In this document: piece by piece, positions 12,701 to 25,411 of the stretch
Layout: each line of letters begins with the position of its first letter
Position numbering within the stretch: the stretch's first letter is position 1
Assembly: GCF_036971445.1 (NCBI RefSeq)
Contig: NC_091470.1
Location: forward strand, 348,626,001 to 348,690,000
DNA from: Narcine bancroftii
Lineage: Eukaryota
Reading direction: 5' to 3'
DNA: 64,000 nt
Made by a program: the position numbers and the translations under genes
Notes under the pieces: model-generated
Database searches by the model: none
The model's input: the letters and a program-made list of their open reading frames with translations, nothing else
What the model was told of the DNA's origin: nothing

Positions 12701-15700
12701 GTTTCCCTCCAACCCCTGAGGAACGCAGATGCTCTGATATGTCATGTGTTTCCCTCCAACCCCTGAGGAACGCAGATGCTCTGATATGTCATGTGTTTCC
12801 CTCCAACCCCTGAGGAACGCAGATGCTCTGATATGTCATGTGTTTCCCTCCAACCCCTGAGGAACGCAGATGCTCTGATATGTCATGTGTTTCCCTCCAA
12901 CCCCTGAGGAACGCAGATGCTCTGATATGTCATGTGTTTCCCTCCAACCCCTGAGGAACGCAGATGCTCTGATATGTCATGGGTTTTTTTCAGTAGTAAA
13001 TGATGCTCCTATTGGCCAGAGATCACTCATTTTCGATATAGGTCTCAATTAACATTTTCAGTGGGGTTTCACGGTTGTAAAGGTGGCAGATTCCAACCTG
13101 GGAGTGGATTTCTTCTCACATTTTTCATTGTTGGGGGATTTTAAAAATCCCTGTGTCATTGACCACAGCTCTTGTATGCAAGTGGGCTGCATTTGTCATC
13201 CCTCCAGTGTCGGCAGCCACTTAACAAGCCTTCAACCTGGCTCCTGTCCTTTCCGAGCCTTGCTCAAATGTTACTCTTGCCTCGTGACCCCATCGTATGG
13301 CCATACAGACATTAAACATGCGGTCACCCACCACATAAAGACTCAAGTTCTTCTGGTTGCAACACGGGCTCGTAGTGTACCCCCAGACCATCTTACAATC
13401 ACGAAGCAGAATTTGACCACATGCAAGAGTTGAGTGTAGTCTGCAGATCTGACAGCTGCTGGGCTTCGCATATGGTTCCAAAAAAATCTCCAGGGGATCC
13501 TTGTAGTGATTATCGTGCCCTGAACAATTCCACCGTGCTGACTGATACAACATTCCCAATTTGCAAGACTTCTCAGCAAACCTCCACGGCAAGTGTGTAT
13601 TTGCAAAAATAGATCTAATACGTGCTTACTGTATCAGATTCCAGCTGAGCCTCTCTATGACATGAAGACGGCAGTAATTACCCCTTTTGGCACGTTTGTG
13701 TTTCTGCGAATGCCAATTGGTCTACGGAATGAAGTTCAGACATTCCAATGATTTATGGACCATGTACTTGCCGACCTCAAAATTGTATTTGTTTACATTG
13801 ATGGTATTCTAGTTGCAAGCGTGGATGAGGGGGAGCACAAGCGCCACGTTATCCCATTGTTTCAGAGGCTTGATAAGTTAGGCATTGTGATCAATCCCAG
13901 TAAATGGGTTTTTGGTGCTGCTAATTTTGTAATTTTGGGAAATAGAGTTACACGACATGGGGTACTTTATCTGATGAATCAGAAGTGCAAGAAATTTGAG
14001 AATTTCCTACACCCATTACGTTTGGCCAGTTGCGACAGTTTTTAGGCATGATGAATTTCTATCGCCATTTCCTGCCGAATGCTGCAGCATTCCTATTTCC
14101 CCCTTACTGAACTACTAAAAGGATCCGATATATCCATTTCCAAAACAGATGAGGCTGTGTGTGCTTTCAATGAGGTGAAGACTGCGCTTGCGAATGCCAC
14201 GATGCTTATATCAAAAGCCTAATACCTGCTCTCTCTCACCACGGATGTGTCTGACAATCCTGTGCAGTGTTAGAACAACAAGTCCGTGAGCAATTGGAAC
14301 CTCTGGCACTTTTTTCAGCCAAGCTGTCACCGGTCAGGCAAAGTATAGTACTTTTGGTCGAGAACTCTTGGCCATCTATCTCGCAGTGAAACATTTCCGC
14401 TTTTTATTGGAATGTCGTCCTTTCACCATTTTTGCAGCCTCTCCTGCATACCGCAAGTATCTCTACTCACCCTGAGAAATTCGGCGCTTGGACTTCATCT
14501 TACAATTTTCATCGAACATACGGCATACCCGAGGAAAAGCAAATGCCATGGCCGACGCCCTGACCAGGCGCGACATTGATGCCTCACACAAGACTACCGC
14601 CTTTGATACCACCTCCATGGCACATGCACAGCACAGCAATCCCGATCTCATCTGGTATCACCGGATCAACTGTGGTCCCCATCTTCAAGATGTGACGCTG
14701 GATGAATTAGGTGAAATGTTAGTCTGCAATTTTAGGCAATGAGGCAGGAGGTTTTTGCGTCTCTTCATAATCTATCTCATGCTGGTAGAAGAGCATCAAT
14801 TAAACTGATTCTGGAACATTTTACCTGGCCTCATGCTAAATGGAATGTCGGTTTACGGGCTTGTTGTGTCAATGCTCTAAAGTCTCCAGAAAAACAAAGT
14901 CCAAGCTGGGGGGTTCTTAGTTCCGGATTCCCCTTTCCAGCCTGTGCACCTGGACTTGTTAGGCCTGCTTCCGCCATCCCAGGGATATACTTATCTGCTC
15001 ACGTGTGAGGACCGGATTACCAGGTGTCAGGAGGCCATTCCTGTCACTGACATCTGTGCAGAGACAATTACTCGAGCTTTCGTCAACGGTTGGATTCTAT
15101 CTTTTGGTGTGCCAGGCACTTTTATGACGGACTGAGAGTTTTAGTTCAAGTTGGCGTTGTTCTGAGCTCTCATGGGCACTGCCCATATTCACACTGCAGC
15201 TTACCATCTGCAGGCCAATAGCCCCACTGAGCTTTTCCATTGATCATTGAAAGCAGCACTGACAGCAGGTGGCGATGTAACATCATTCCCATGATGCTCC
15301 TGGGTGTGCCTACTGCTGTAAAGGCAACTCTTGGATGTTCAGTGGCATAGCTATTATAATGCACTCTGCTGACCTTGCACGGCAAGTTTGCGAATCTACA
15401 TGTTGATCACCCTCATGAAAACATATTACTCCGACCTACTCCTATGCGACATGAATCACCTGCAGTGTATGTGCCGAATGATTTACAATGCTGTACTCAC
15501 GAGTTCCTTCAACGTGATGCTGTTTGTAAATGACTTAAGCCCATTTACAATAGTCGTTTTCAGGTCTTACTATGCCATTGGAAGACTTTTGCAACTGACA
15601 GGAATGGAAAAGCTGACACAGTTTCCATCAACAGATTGAAGCTGGCGTATATCAACTGTCCACGTTCTGCGTCGGGGCCAGAGTCAGAGGACCAGTCACA

Positions 15701-16177
15701 CCCTTGCCAGTCGGACTGTACATCACCTGTCTTGCAGCATCATACAAGGTCAGGCCGAACAGCCAGCCGCTGGACCGTTAAGCAGCAGGACAGTTCCAGT
15801 CAGTCACCTCGGAGGCTAAGGGGGTGGGAGCTGTCACAGTCACGTACTTACCTTCATCGAGAGCAGGGCCGATCGCTGGTGATGGTGCAACCGAATCGAT
15901 GTACAGGGGTAATAGCGTGCATGCGCGGGTTAGTTAAGCAATCAGCATTCCTGATCTTGGATGCAGGAAGAGGAGAGCATCAGGATCAGCTGTGTGGTAT
16001 TGAGCCAATAAGAAGGTCAGATGGGTTTGACTGGGTGGTGTTTGAGGAGTTTAATAATGCGGTGTTGTGTCTGAAGAGAATAAAGAAAGTCAACTCCATT
16101 GTGTATTGGAAGAAATGAATGAGTGTATTCTTTAATTATGTATAAACTGGGGTAAATCGTTCGAGCTCTGTCTCACA
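9724..16177 (+). mobile_element. Decayed Ty3/Gypsy LTR retrotransposon, CsRn1/Kabuki-like clade
   Basis: 5' LTR tgtaac...gataca at 9724-10074, then a tRNA-Trp-like PBS tggtggcccc. Gag remnant ends with CQPPCDF; protease remnant FFVNSDAEIYVVPP; RT HMVPKKSPGD, DYRALN and VFVYIDGILVAS; RNase H YSTFGRELLAIYLAVKHF; integrase HLDLLGLLPPSQGYTYLLTC. PPT near 15811-15830, 3' LTR from 15832 (its 3' end is uncertain). Many stops and frameshifts. Confidence 0.9.
11342..12981 (+). repeat. 47-bp tandem minisatellite, ~35 copies
   Basis: Unit ccctccaa(c/t)ccctgaggaacgcagatgctctgatatgtcatgtgttt. Units start at 11342, 11389 ... 12940, with no spacers. Confidence 0.97.
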
Positions 16178-17210
16178 GCAAACCTCACAAGATTTAAATG
16201 CTCTGAATTTTATTACGGACAATTAAAGTAAACATAATCTTTTAATTTCATTTAGCTATCTCATAGTTGAGCTCCTTAAAGGTTAAGATAGAGCAAAGGT
16301 GAAATCAGTCTTTGAAGAAGTTGAAAAAGGGGCCATACGAATTATTTAGATGTCTCCCACGAAAGCCCATACCAAAAGCATCATTGCTGGTTTTAAATCT
16401 TCACTTCTGCTTAATTTCATTGCTGACAATTCTGAAATAATCTGTCTGAAAAGGTGTTAAAGAAAAATCCCCTGATATGGGTAAATACCCCTGCAAAACT
16501 TGCAAGGATTAAAATGTGCAATGGATTTTTTAATATATATATAGATAGATATCTGAAGCATGAATTCAAAAATAAACAAATGAAATATCTATGCTACTAT
16601 CAAAATATCCAGATGACCAATTCACAAAGTAAACTTGATGGTGGACTGCCAATACAGATTACAAAATCTGTGCAGGCACAGTACTGCTTCTACTGGATAC
16701 AAGCTCTTGCAGAAAACCACCAGGGCTTTAACATAAAATGGAGTCACTTTAATCTAAATGCCCCAAAAGGGAAAGTTCTAAGTAAGTCAAGGTAGACGTT
16801 TACAACCTTACATGATGCTACTTTGTTTTATTTTCATTCCACAATTTATTGCCAAAAGAGTTGGATAAAATTCCTCCTAAAACCATCTCCATTATTTCCA
16901 TTTACATTCATTTTTTTTAAATCTATTTCAAATGCCGTTAGAGGTGCTGTAATCATTTTGGATCCTATTTACCAAAAAAAAGTTATGCTACTGGCAGAAT
17001 AAATTATGTGAGGCTCTAGCTGAGCTATTGGGTAACAGTGCCAAGTGCAAAGTTCACTGTTGAGTCACTTGGCTGCCCCATTGGCAGCAGTTGAAAGAAA
17101 ATGCATCAACTCTTCAGAATTTTGATGCCACGTTGGGACCTTGAAATTTGCACCCTCATTAAAATGGCCCTTTTCCATCTCCAGAACTCTGGTCTGTCCT
17201 AAAAACACAA

Positions 17211-17450
17211 TGTGATAGTACAGATCTATCACCAATGTATAGAGTGTATATAGTTACAGTATCTAGACTGTGCTTACAGCGATTGGCTGAGAGCTAAGCC
17301 ACGCCTACTGTTTGGGCCGTAAAGGGTTGTGTCCCTAGCCAGGTCGGATCATTCTGGACTGGTCGGCCACCTGTGAAGAGCTCCTGTCTTTTGCTAATAA
17401 AAGCCTTGGTTTGGATCAACAAGTCTTTGATTCTTTTGACGAGCTCTACA
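17211..17450 (+). mobile_element. Solo LTR (240 bp)
   Basis: TG...CA termini, perfect 5-bp TSD CACAA on both sides, and AATAAA near 17396. Confidence 0.85.
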
Positions 17451-18214
17451 CACAATGGTGGAGAAAATCACCAGGTCAAACTGTGTACTTTATATAGCAT
17501 CAGTAAAGATACTTAATTCATGTTTTGGGCTTGAACCCTTCATTAAGTAATACCCAAAATGATGGTTATGCTTCTTTACCTTTGGTATATGACCGGCTAA
17601 GTTTCTCCAGCATTGTGTTTTTACTTCATCCACAGTGTCTGCACACTTTTGCATTTTACTCTGCCTTTATTCATCTGTTACTAAAAGGGACTCAGTTACT
17701 TCAAGACTTAATCATTGTACCTGCCTGTTTCTCTTATTAAGTTAAGGTCATCCCAAACCCTACGGCCTATTTCCTAAATCCCACTAACTCAGATTCACCC
17801 ACTGGCTCTGTACTATCCGATCTATATATTTTTTTCTTGATTAACATTCTTGCCTTGTTTTCAGGTCATTCCGAACTTCAGTCCCCGTAATTTCTATGAT
17901 TTCCTATGGACCTATAACCTTTTGAGACTCCTTTTCTAATATTTTAATTATCACTGAAAATTTTATTTGTTGACAGAATTTGAACCTTCCTGGTAATGCC
18001 AGCGCTTGTTGCCCATCCCTAACGTGTTGTACTTTGGGGACAATCACATGGAAGGGGAATGTTTGCTGTTAGTGGCAGGGTCCTTATAGCGAGCAGAGGC
18101 ATCTGGCGGTTCACATCCACAGCACAGTGAAAGTGGCCTTGCAAGCAGAATGGTGGGGAAAAGAGCCACATGGTGTGCTTGGCTTCTTTGGGCGGGGCAT
18201 TGTGTGTCATAAAA

Positions 18215-18765
18215 CATTGCAGCTATACAAGACTTTCGTTAGGCTGTTCTTGGAAGATTGTGTGCAGTTCTGGTCACCCCCATTATAGGAAGGACATGAA
18301 AGTTTTGGAAAGGGTACGGAAGAAGTTTACCAGGATGTTACCTTTTTTAGAGGAGGATGCATATTGTGGAGTGAGATTAGACAAAGTTATATAAACATAT
18401 ACAGTACACTATCAACCTTTCGACCCATAACATTGTGCCAATACAATGTTTTATTATTTTGTCCAGAGCATAGGAAGCTGAGCTGAGACATGATAGAGGT
18501 GTATAAGAGACATTGATAGGGTGGACAGTTAGAAATTTTTTTCCCAGGCCAAAACTGTCACACATTGGAAGACGTGTTTCAGTTGAGGGAGAGGAAGTTT
18601 AAGGGAGACGCGCAAGGCAAATATTTCATACACACAATGGTAGGTGACTGGAACAGGCTGTCAGGAGTAGTGGTAGCATTTAAGAGGTTTCAAGACTGGC
18701 ACATGAGTATGATGGGGATGGAAGGGTAGCTACCAGGTGCAAGTAACAGAGTTTTAATTTTATTT
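18215..18765 (+). mobile_element. CR1 LINE 3' fragment
   Basis: Encodes HYRKDMKVLERVRKKFTRMLP, the CR1 ORF2 C-terminal motif. Confidence 0.75.
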
Positions 18766-18965
18766 TGACATAAGACCATAAGGTATAGGAGAAGAAGTAG
18801 ATCAATGGGCCCATCTAGTCCACTCTGCCATTCCATCGTGACCTGATCCACTCTCTCACTCAGCCCCATTCCCCTGCTCTCTCCCAATGACTCGATCGTC
18901 TGATTATTCAGATCAATCCCTGCCTTGCATACACCCAATAGATTGGCCTTCGCAACCACCTGTGG

Positions 18966-19117
18966 TAGCAAATTACAGAGGTTCACCATTATCTGGCTAA
19001 AGATAGCAAATTACAGAGGTTCACCATTATCTGGCTAAAGATAGCAAATTACAGAGGTTCACCATTATCTGGCTAAAGATAGCAAATTACAGAGGTTCAC
19101 CATTATCTGGCTAAAGA
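18966..19117 (+). repeat. 38-bp tandem repeat x4 within CR1 3' region
   Basis: tagcaaattacagaggttcaccattatctggctaaaga occurs at 18966, 19004, 19042 and 19080. Confidence 0.95.
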
Positions 19118-19969
19118 AATTGCTCCACATCTCTGTTTTAAATGCATGCTTTTCAATCCTGAAATTAGACCCTCTTGTTCTCTCCCATGGAAAAGAACTT
19201 TGCCACATCTCCTCTGTCCAGGCCTTTCAACATTCAAAATGCTGGTACGAGATCTATCGTCATTCTTCTGAACGCCAAGGAGTACAGTCCAATACCATTA
19301 AACATTCCTCATGTGCTAATCCTTTCATTCCGGGAATCAGTCTTGTGAATCTTCTCTGAATCCTCTCCAATGTTAGCCTGTCTTTTCTTATACAAGGAGC
19401 ACAAAACTACCCCATACTCCAAATGAGTTCTCACCATTGCCTTTTAAATCCTTAACATCATGTCCCTCCTACTCCTCTGGAAATAAATGCCAATGTTGCA
19501 TTCGCCTACTTTACTACCTACTCAATCTGGATATCAACTTTTAGGGTATCCTGTATGAGGACTCCCAAGTTCCTTTGCACCTCCAAATTTAGAATTTTCT
19601 CCCCAACCAAATACTAGTCTCCCCTCTCTTTCCTTCTACTAAAGTGCATGGCTGTCCATTTCCATCGCTGACACCTCTTTACCTATTCTTCTAATCTCTC
19701 CAAGTCTCACTGCGGCCTTTCTGTTTCCTCATCACAACCTGCTCCTCCAGCTATCCTTGTATCATCTGTAAACGTACCCACAAACCCATTTCTTCTGCAA
19801 CCCAAATTATTGACATACAAGGTAAAAAAGAAGCGGCCCCAAAACTGACCCCTGTGGAGCACCACTGGCAACTCATAGCCAACCAGAATAGGATCCTTTT
19901 ATTCTTACTCTCTGTTTTCTGCTGATGGGCCATGGTAGTATCTTTCCCCTAATTCCATGGGTTCTTATC

Positions 19970-20817
19970 TGTGGAAGAATAAGTTAATGAATATGCTTAA
20001 CAAGGAGTTAATGAATTGGGTTAGAATATAGTTGCCTTGTAACAAAGGTGAAAATGTGACTGCCTTCAAACATGGCCTTTGCTTTTCTGTGGTGAGATAG
20101 TGGGCATTTTTACACAGAAACTTCAGAATTATTCCGAATTTATTTTTAAGCATACTTACCTCCGGTGTGTCCCGATGTGATCATTTACACAAGGGTACTT
20201 TTAGGGCATTTTTGCATATCCTTCCTGTGTTGCGGAGTTTGTCGGTTGGGCAACGTGGTATTCATTAGGCCCGTTTCTTATGGAGTGGCTGCAGTGTATG
20301 TTGACCGCAGCCGCTCCATAAAAATGTGTAGGGGTACGAGTGGAAACATTACGGGATGGAATTTACATTAAAAATGTTGTCCTGCTATTTTTACACTTCC
20401 ATCGGAGCAGAAATGTTCCTGAAACTTTCTGCAGTTCAGTGGCTGTGCAAAAGTGCCCAGTAATGAATACCATAAAGAATGCAGCAAGAGTAAATGAAAG
20501 AAGTAAAAACATCTTGTTTTTGCCAGCTTGTCTGCAGACACCACAAGGGAACATATTGTTGTAAAAACAGGAACTGCCAGCTTTGTGAAACATATGTAAA
20601 ACTTGTAGGGTTTCACACAGACCCCTGCTTGAAGGTGATAAAAATAGGTTGAATACTCTGAATGCTTTGAGAGGGGATCAGTGTGGAGAACAAGTTACTG
20701 AACTCTTTCTTTTTACCCCTCACTCCCACTAGCATTAACAAGGCTGAATAAAGGAAACTGTTGTACACTTAATCGGTTCTGCTGTTTCTTTTATGACAGT
20801 GTGAGCCGACTTTCACA
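19970..20817 (+). mobile_element. Solo LTR (~848 bp) nested in CR1
   Basis: TG...CA termini, 4-bp TSD tatc/catc (one mismatch), AATAAA near 20747. It cleanly interrupts collinear CR1 sequence. Confidence 0.7.
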
Positions 20818-21859
20818 CATCTTGTTAAGCAGCCTCATGTGGTGACTTTTCAAGGTCCTTTTGAAAATCTAAATATACAACATCCACAGCATCTTCTTTG
20901 TCTAAACTGCTTGTGGTTTCCTCAAAAAATTGAATCCATTCTGACTTTAGCCTATCTTGTCATGCACCTCCAGGTGCTCTGTAACCTCATGCTTGACAAT
21001 CAAGGTCAGCTTCCCAACCACCATGGTTAGGCAAACAAGTCAATAATTTCCTGTCTGCTGCCTCCCTCCCATTTTAAATAGCAGAGTGACCTTTAGAATT
21101 TTCCAGTCCTCCAGAACCTTGCCAGAATCTATTGATTTTTGGAAGTTCATTACCAATACCTCCATAATCTCTAATAGCTATTTCTTTCAGAACCCAAGGG
21201 TGCATTCCATCTGGTCTGGTAGACTTATTGACCCTGAGACCATTCAGTTCCCAAGCACCTTCTCTCTGGTGATCACGACTGCACTCACCTCTCTTCCCTA
21301 ACACTCTTGAAAGTCTGGTGTACTGCTAATGTCTTCCATAGTGAAGAATGAAGCAAAATACTCATTCAGTTTCTCTGCCACTTCCTGGTCTCCCATTATA
21401 ATTTCTCAGGCATCATTTTCCATTGGTCCTATATCTAGTCTCACATCATTTTTACTTAATATATTTTTTTAAACTTTTAGCATCCTTTTTGATATTATTT
21501 GATAGTTTCCTTTTAAAGTTCATCTTCTCCTTCCTCATGGCTTTCTTAGTTGGCTTCTTTATGCTTTTGTATGTTAGAGAGACATGTGCCAAAGAACATT
21601 TTCTTGTGCTATGCTGTTCTATGTTCTAACTCCATCTGAACTGAGGAGGCAGTTAAGTGTCAAAAACATTATTGGGGCAAGAATTGTACAGACCGGATAA
21701 CAATGGCAGATTTCTTGCCCTGAAGCTCACTGATGAACCTGATGGATCTTTACTAACATTTCAAGATACTTTAATGGAAATTGGATGTGTTTAAAATTCC
21801 AGATTAATTTCACTGCTTTAATTTGAATTCATGGTTCGGGATCAAAGTTCGAAAAGTTT

Positions 21860-22085
21860 AAGTTTAGCTTAGACAAAGGGCACAGTAACACACCCATTAG
21901 CATGTGTCAATCAATTATACCCAATTGATCTGCAACCCCAGTATGTTTTGAATGATGGGAGAAAACTGGAGCACCTGGAGGACATGGGAGACCATGCAAA
22001 CTCCTTTCAGACAGCGCTGGATTTGAACATGGGGCGGTGGCATGGTAACAGCGTTGTGCTACTCTCTATGCTAACTGTGCCACCC
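21860..22085 (-). mobile_element. tRNA-derived V-SINE-like element
   Basis: Shares the ggagcacctggagg...gggaga...caaactcc core with the other SINE copies in the window. Confidence 0.7.
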
Positions 22086-22739
22086 GAGTTGCTAGTGCAA
22101 CAACTTCCTTGCTCCTTCAGGCGCCATGAGCTAAGGAATTCCCTCTCCAATCCATGATGAATCTCATCATTCTTTCTTCCTTTTCAGGGGATTCTTATAA
22201 CTACCATTGACCAACATTCTGATATTCCAGCCTGAAGCAGTATGGTGTTTGCCCAGAAATGTTTTACTGACTTAATGATGTGATACGTGCAAATCATTTA
22301 CAAAGTGAAGATATCAAGTGCTTTGCTGTATGTTTCCTGTAATCTAAGGTTTTTCTTATGTTCTAAAATTTACATTCTCCCCTTTTTTTTTTAAGCACCT
22401 GTATGCTTGTACTAAGTTTCTGTTGCTTGGAGACGGTTAAAGGAAGCATTAGAATAACCCAACAGTGCCGGCTAATCATGAGGTTTATGTAACATGATCA
22501 GCAAAGCCACGCACTGGATTTTCTTCTCAATATGGGTTTTGAATGTTTTTCTCAATTCTGAGTTGTTACCCATAAATCACTTTGGGAATTATCACTACAC
22601 CTTCAAATTTTTGGCAACAACATGCCACCAATCGAAGTTGTCAGTCACGATGTTCAGAATGGGGAAGATGTTGGTTCAAACAGAGCCCTGATGTATGAGG
22701 AAAGATGGAAAATGCAGGCTGCACATTGCAGACAGGATA

Positions 22740-23088
22740 CAGTAAAAAATCTTAAAATTCAGACTGCTCGGGGATGGGGCTGGTCTGGATTTTTGGATTT
22801 TCCCAATTCTCGGGCAGTACCTTTAAAATTCTAATTTAAGGAGGAATAAAGAATCGAACAGGTGAATTTTGATAGTTTACTCAATTGCAAATACAGCGTG
22901 CTTCATTTAACAAACAGTTACAAAAGAAAAATCAAGTCCACAAGGGTGGTCACCTGTTGGTGCTGTGCGTCTGTGGCACTTATGCGTGCACGCGCGCGCA
23001 CAAAAGCCCACTAAATTTAAGAAGTTTGAGAGTTTTTGAAAAGTCTGGATTCTCAGGTGGTCCCATCTGGATTTTTGGACTTCTACTG
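22740..23088. mobile_element. Tigger-like MITE
   Basis: TA-cagta...tactg-TA termini with imperfect TIRs. A similar element lies at 63032-63204. Confidence 0.6.
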
Positions 23089-23406
23089 TACTTTGACAGA
23101 AGCACCATGAAAGTTAGGGAACATTCTAGGTAGATCTCATCATTGCAGCCCTGCATCCCTGCCAATAATGCTATGCTCACCCAATGGTTTATGAGCACCC
23201 CCTGCTGATTTATCTTGACGTTACATTAATCAAGTGCAATGAATTTAAATTATCAACACTTCTTCTCACCAGAACCATCCCTACCAGTTATGGATTTTCT
23301 GAACAGTTATAATGCAAGCACTTCAGATGATTTCTGTCAGTATCTTCAGCTAATGAAAATGCTCTTCAGACTAGTAAAGACAAATCCTTAGTATTTATCA
23401 CAAAAC

Positions 23407-23996
23407 AGGTCTATACCAGTATAAAGGTTCTCCTCTACTTTTGACCATAATTGGGACTGAAGGATAGGTCATATGTCAAAATGGATGTAAATCAGAATAT
23501 TTGTCTTTGGAGTACCGGAAGTCTTAAATCAAACTTTTTAATCAATTCTTTTTCATTGTAGATTTGATGATAACAACTTAAACTTTCCTGAATTTGTTGA
23601 TCAACCTTGGTGAATCTTTTCAAATTCTGTTCCAAACTTAGGTTGGCGCATACGTGGTGGGTTCACGTATTGCAGTTCAGTTGGCACATGTGCAAAAGTT
23701 AAACACCCTGATGATATTGAAGTCATGATCTTACCAATGTGCAAACCTACTGCACATATGCCAATCAAGGAATCAAGTATGTCAACAGGAATCAAGATGG
23801 CCCTGCTCACCCTAAGGACCCGGGGATGCCAACTAACAAGGTAACTAAGCACATTTTGGCTCTTACGTGCCCTGTATCCCTGTTATAGTTTGTCAAATAC
23901 AGCATACGCAGTGTAAATTTTATATTTTTTCTTATTTTTTAAAAAATTCAGTTGTACGTGTGGATGGACGTAGGTCGCAAGTCAGGGAGTACCTGT
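23407..23996. mobile_element. Tigger-like MITE, same family as 27830-28334
   Basis: Right terminus gtcagggagtacctg-TA. The internal 23790-23905 segment is similar to 28095-28207. Confidence 0.6.
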
Positions 23997-25411
23997 ATAT
24001 ATTTCTTAGGCAGTTCAGCAACTTCTCTTTGTCTCTTCACAAAATACCTGAGTTGCCTTGACAAATGTCGATGGCATTTGCGTCAATGGCAACTTATGTT
24101 AACGAGTACTGACTTTCACCCATTAGTGATGGACTCTTTAAATAAAACCTCAGACTTTGCATGGTCTCCCTTGTCCTCCAGATGCTCCAGTTTTCTGGTC
24201 GAATGTTTTAAATAAGAACTATCATTCATTGGTAGATCATTTAATGCATGAGAATAAATTATTAACGTGGCTGATGCAATCAGGCGACTTGCACTGCCTG
24301 CAGGTGGCTGGAGGCTGGCTTATGGAAGCCAAGTATTGGAGATGGGATTCGAGAGGGTGCTCAGGGCAAGAAGGGCTCCCAAGGGGCCTCAATACTGAAG
24401 GAATCTGATCATGTCGGAGATTTGGATCTGGAGGTCGGCCTGCCAAAGAATTGAACATGGGCCTGCGTGGATGCAGGAGCACTGGAGGCGAATCCACAAA
24501 AACTCACCGACTCTGAAGGGACCCTTTATTTGCCTTATGGCAGGCAGAAGGCAATTTTGTGTAATATTACATGTTTTGTACTATTACATGACAATAACGG
24601 AATCTTGACTCTTGAATTCTTTCTACATTTCTTTTTAAAGGAGGATTTTCAAATCCTTCGATGAAGTAGAAAGAACTCAAACCATCCAAAAATGTCAATA
24701 AATTTACTGTGAACTTTAGCTGCGTCTTTGAGAGACCAATGCATATTACCTCTGGCACATTTGTTGAGATGAAGAATTGTCCCTGAGGAGGGAGATGTTC
24801 ATTGCTCGTTAATTGTTTTCTGTAATTGGCAGCGTGGATTTAATAAAGTGATGGGTTGAAAAGAGATTGGAATTCAGTAACACAAAGTACAATTTATACA
24901 TTTCAGTCTTCCAATTTATTTTCTCCCATGCTGCACCCAATTACTGGAGTCTAAAAGGGCTGTCTGCTGACTGGCCTTTTGGAATGTATCAAAATGATAA
25001 ATGCAAAATCCACCTCAGGTATAGCCTGTTACCGCAGTTCATTACCTTGTTCAGGGTCTCTGTGTGTTAGGAAGTCTAGAAATGTGCCCAGCACCTCAAC
25101 TCATGGGCAATACACTTCAATAACAGTAATTTAACATAAGTTAGAGGGCAGAGATTGAAGGTGAGAAGGAAAAGATTTAAGAAGGACCTGAGGGCCAACA
25201 TTTTCACTCAGAGGAAAGTCTTGTTGGGCAAGGACATGTTGAGTTAAAGAGCCTATTCCCTACTCCATGACTCCATGACTCTGAGTTAAATATCCAAGGT
25301 CAAAGCCTAGATGTAGATGTGCAGATAAATGCTGCTCTGTGTATTTTAATAGGAAACTACCCATGGCCAGTCCTTTTGGGAAAATGGACTAGGCATTTCC
25401 AGGTACTGATC

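Larger units (their letters stand above)
18771..21560 (-). mobile_element. CR1 LINE fragment split by an LTR insertion
   Basis: The 3' tail lies at ~18771, with RT remnants and the NKSTRPDGMHPWVLKE motif. The CR1 sequence resumes at 20818 after the insert. Confidence 0.8.

Noticed and set aside
11342-12981. CRISPR-like array
   Set aside because: Units are head-to-tail with no unique spacers, no cas genes are present, the context is eukaryotic, and the unit derives from Gypsy pol.
20152-20161. ATACTTACCT, matching the U1 snRNA 5' end
   Set aside because: Downstream sequence does not continue as U1. The motif lies inside a solo LTR, and all minus-strand frames leading to it hit stops nearby.
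24750-24782. 33-nt minus-strand microexon candidate, plus similar exon-like bits at ~16371-16445 and ~34247-34325
   Set aside because: Such splice-site pairs are expected by chance in a >56-kb intron, and I recognise no homology.
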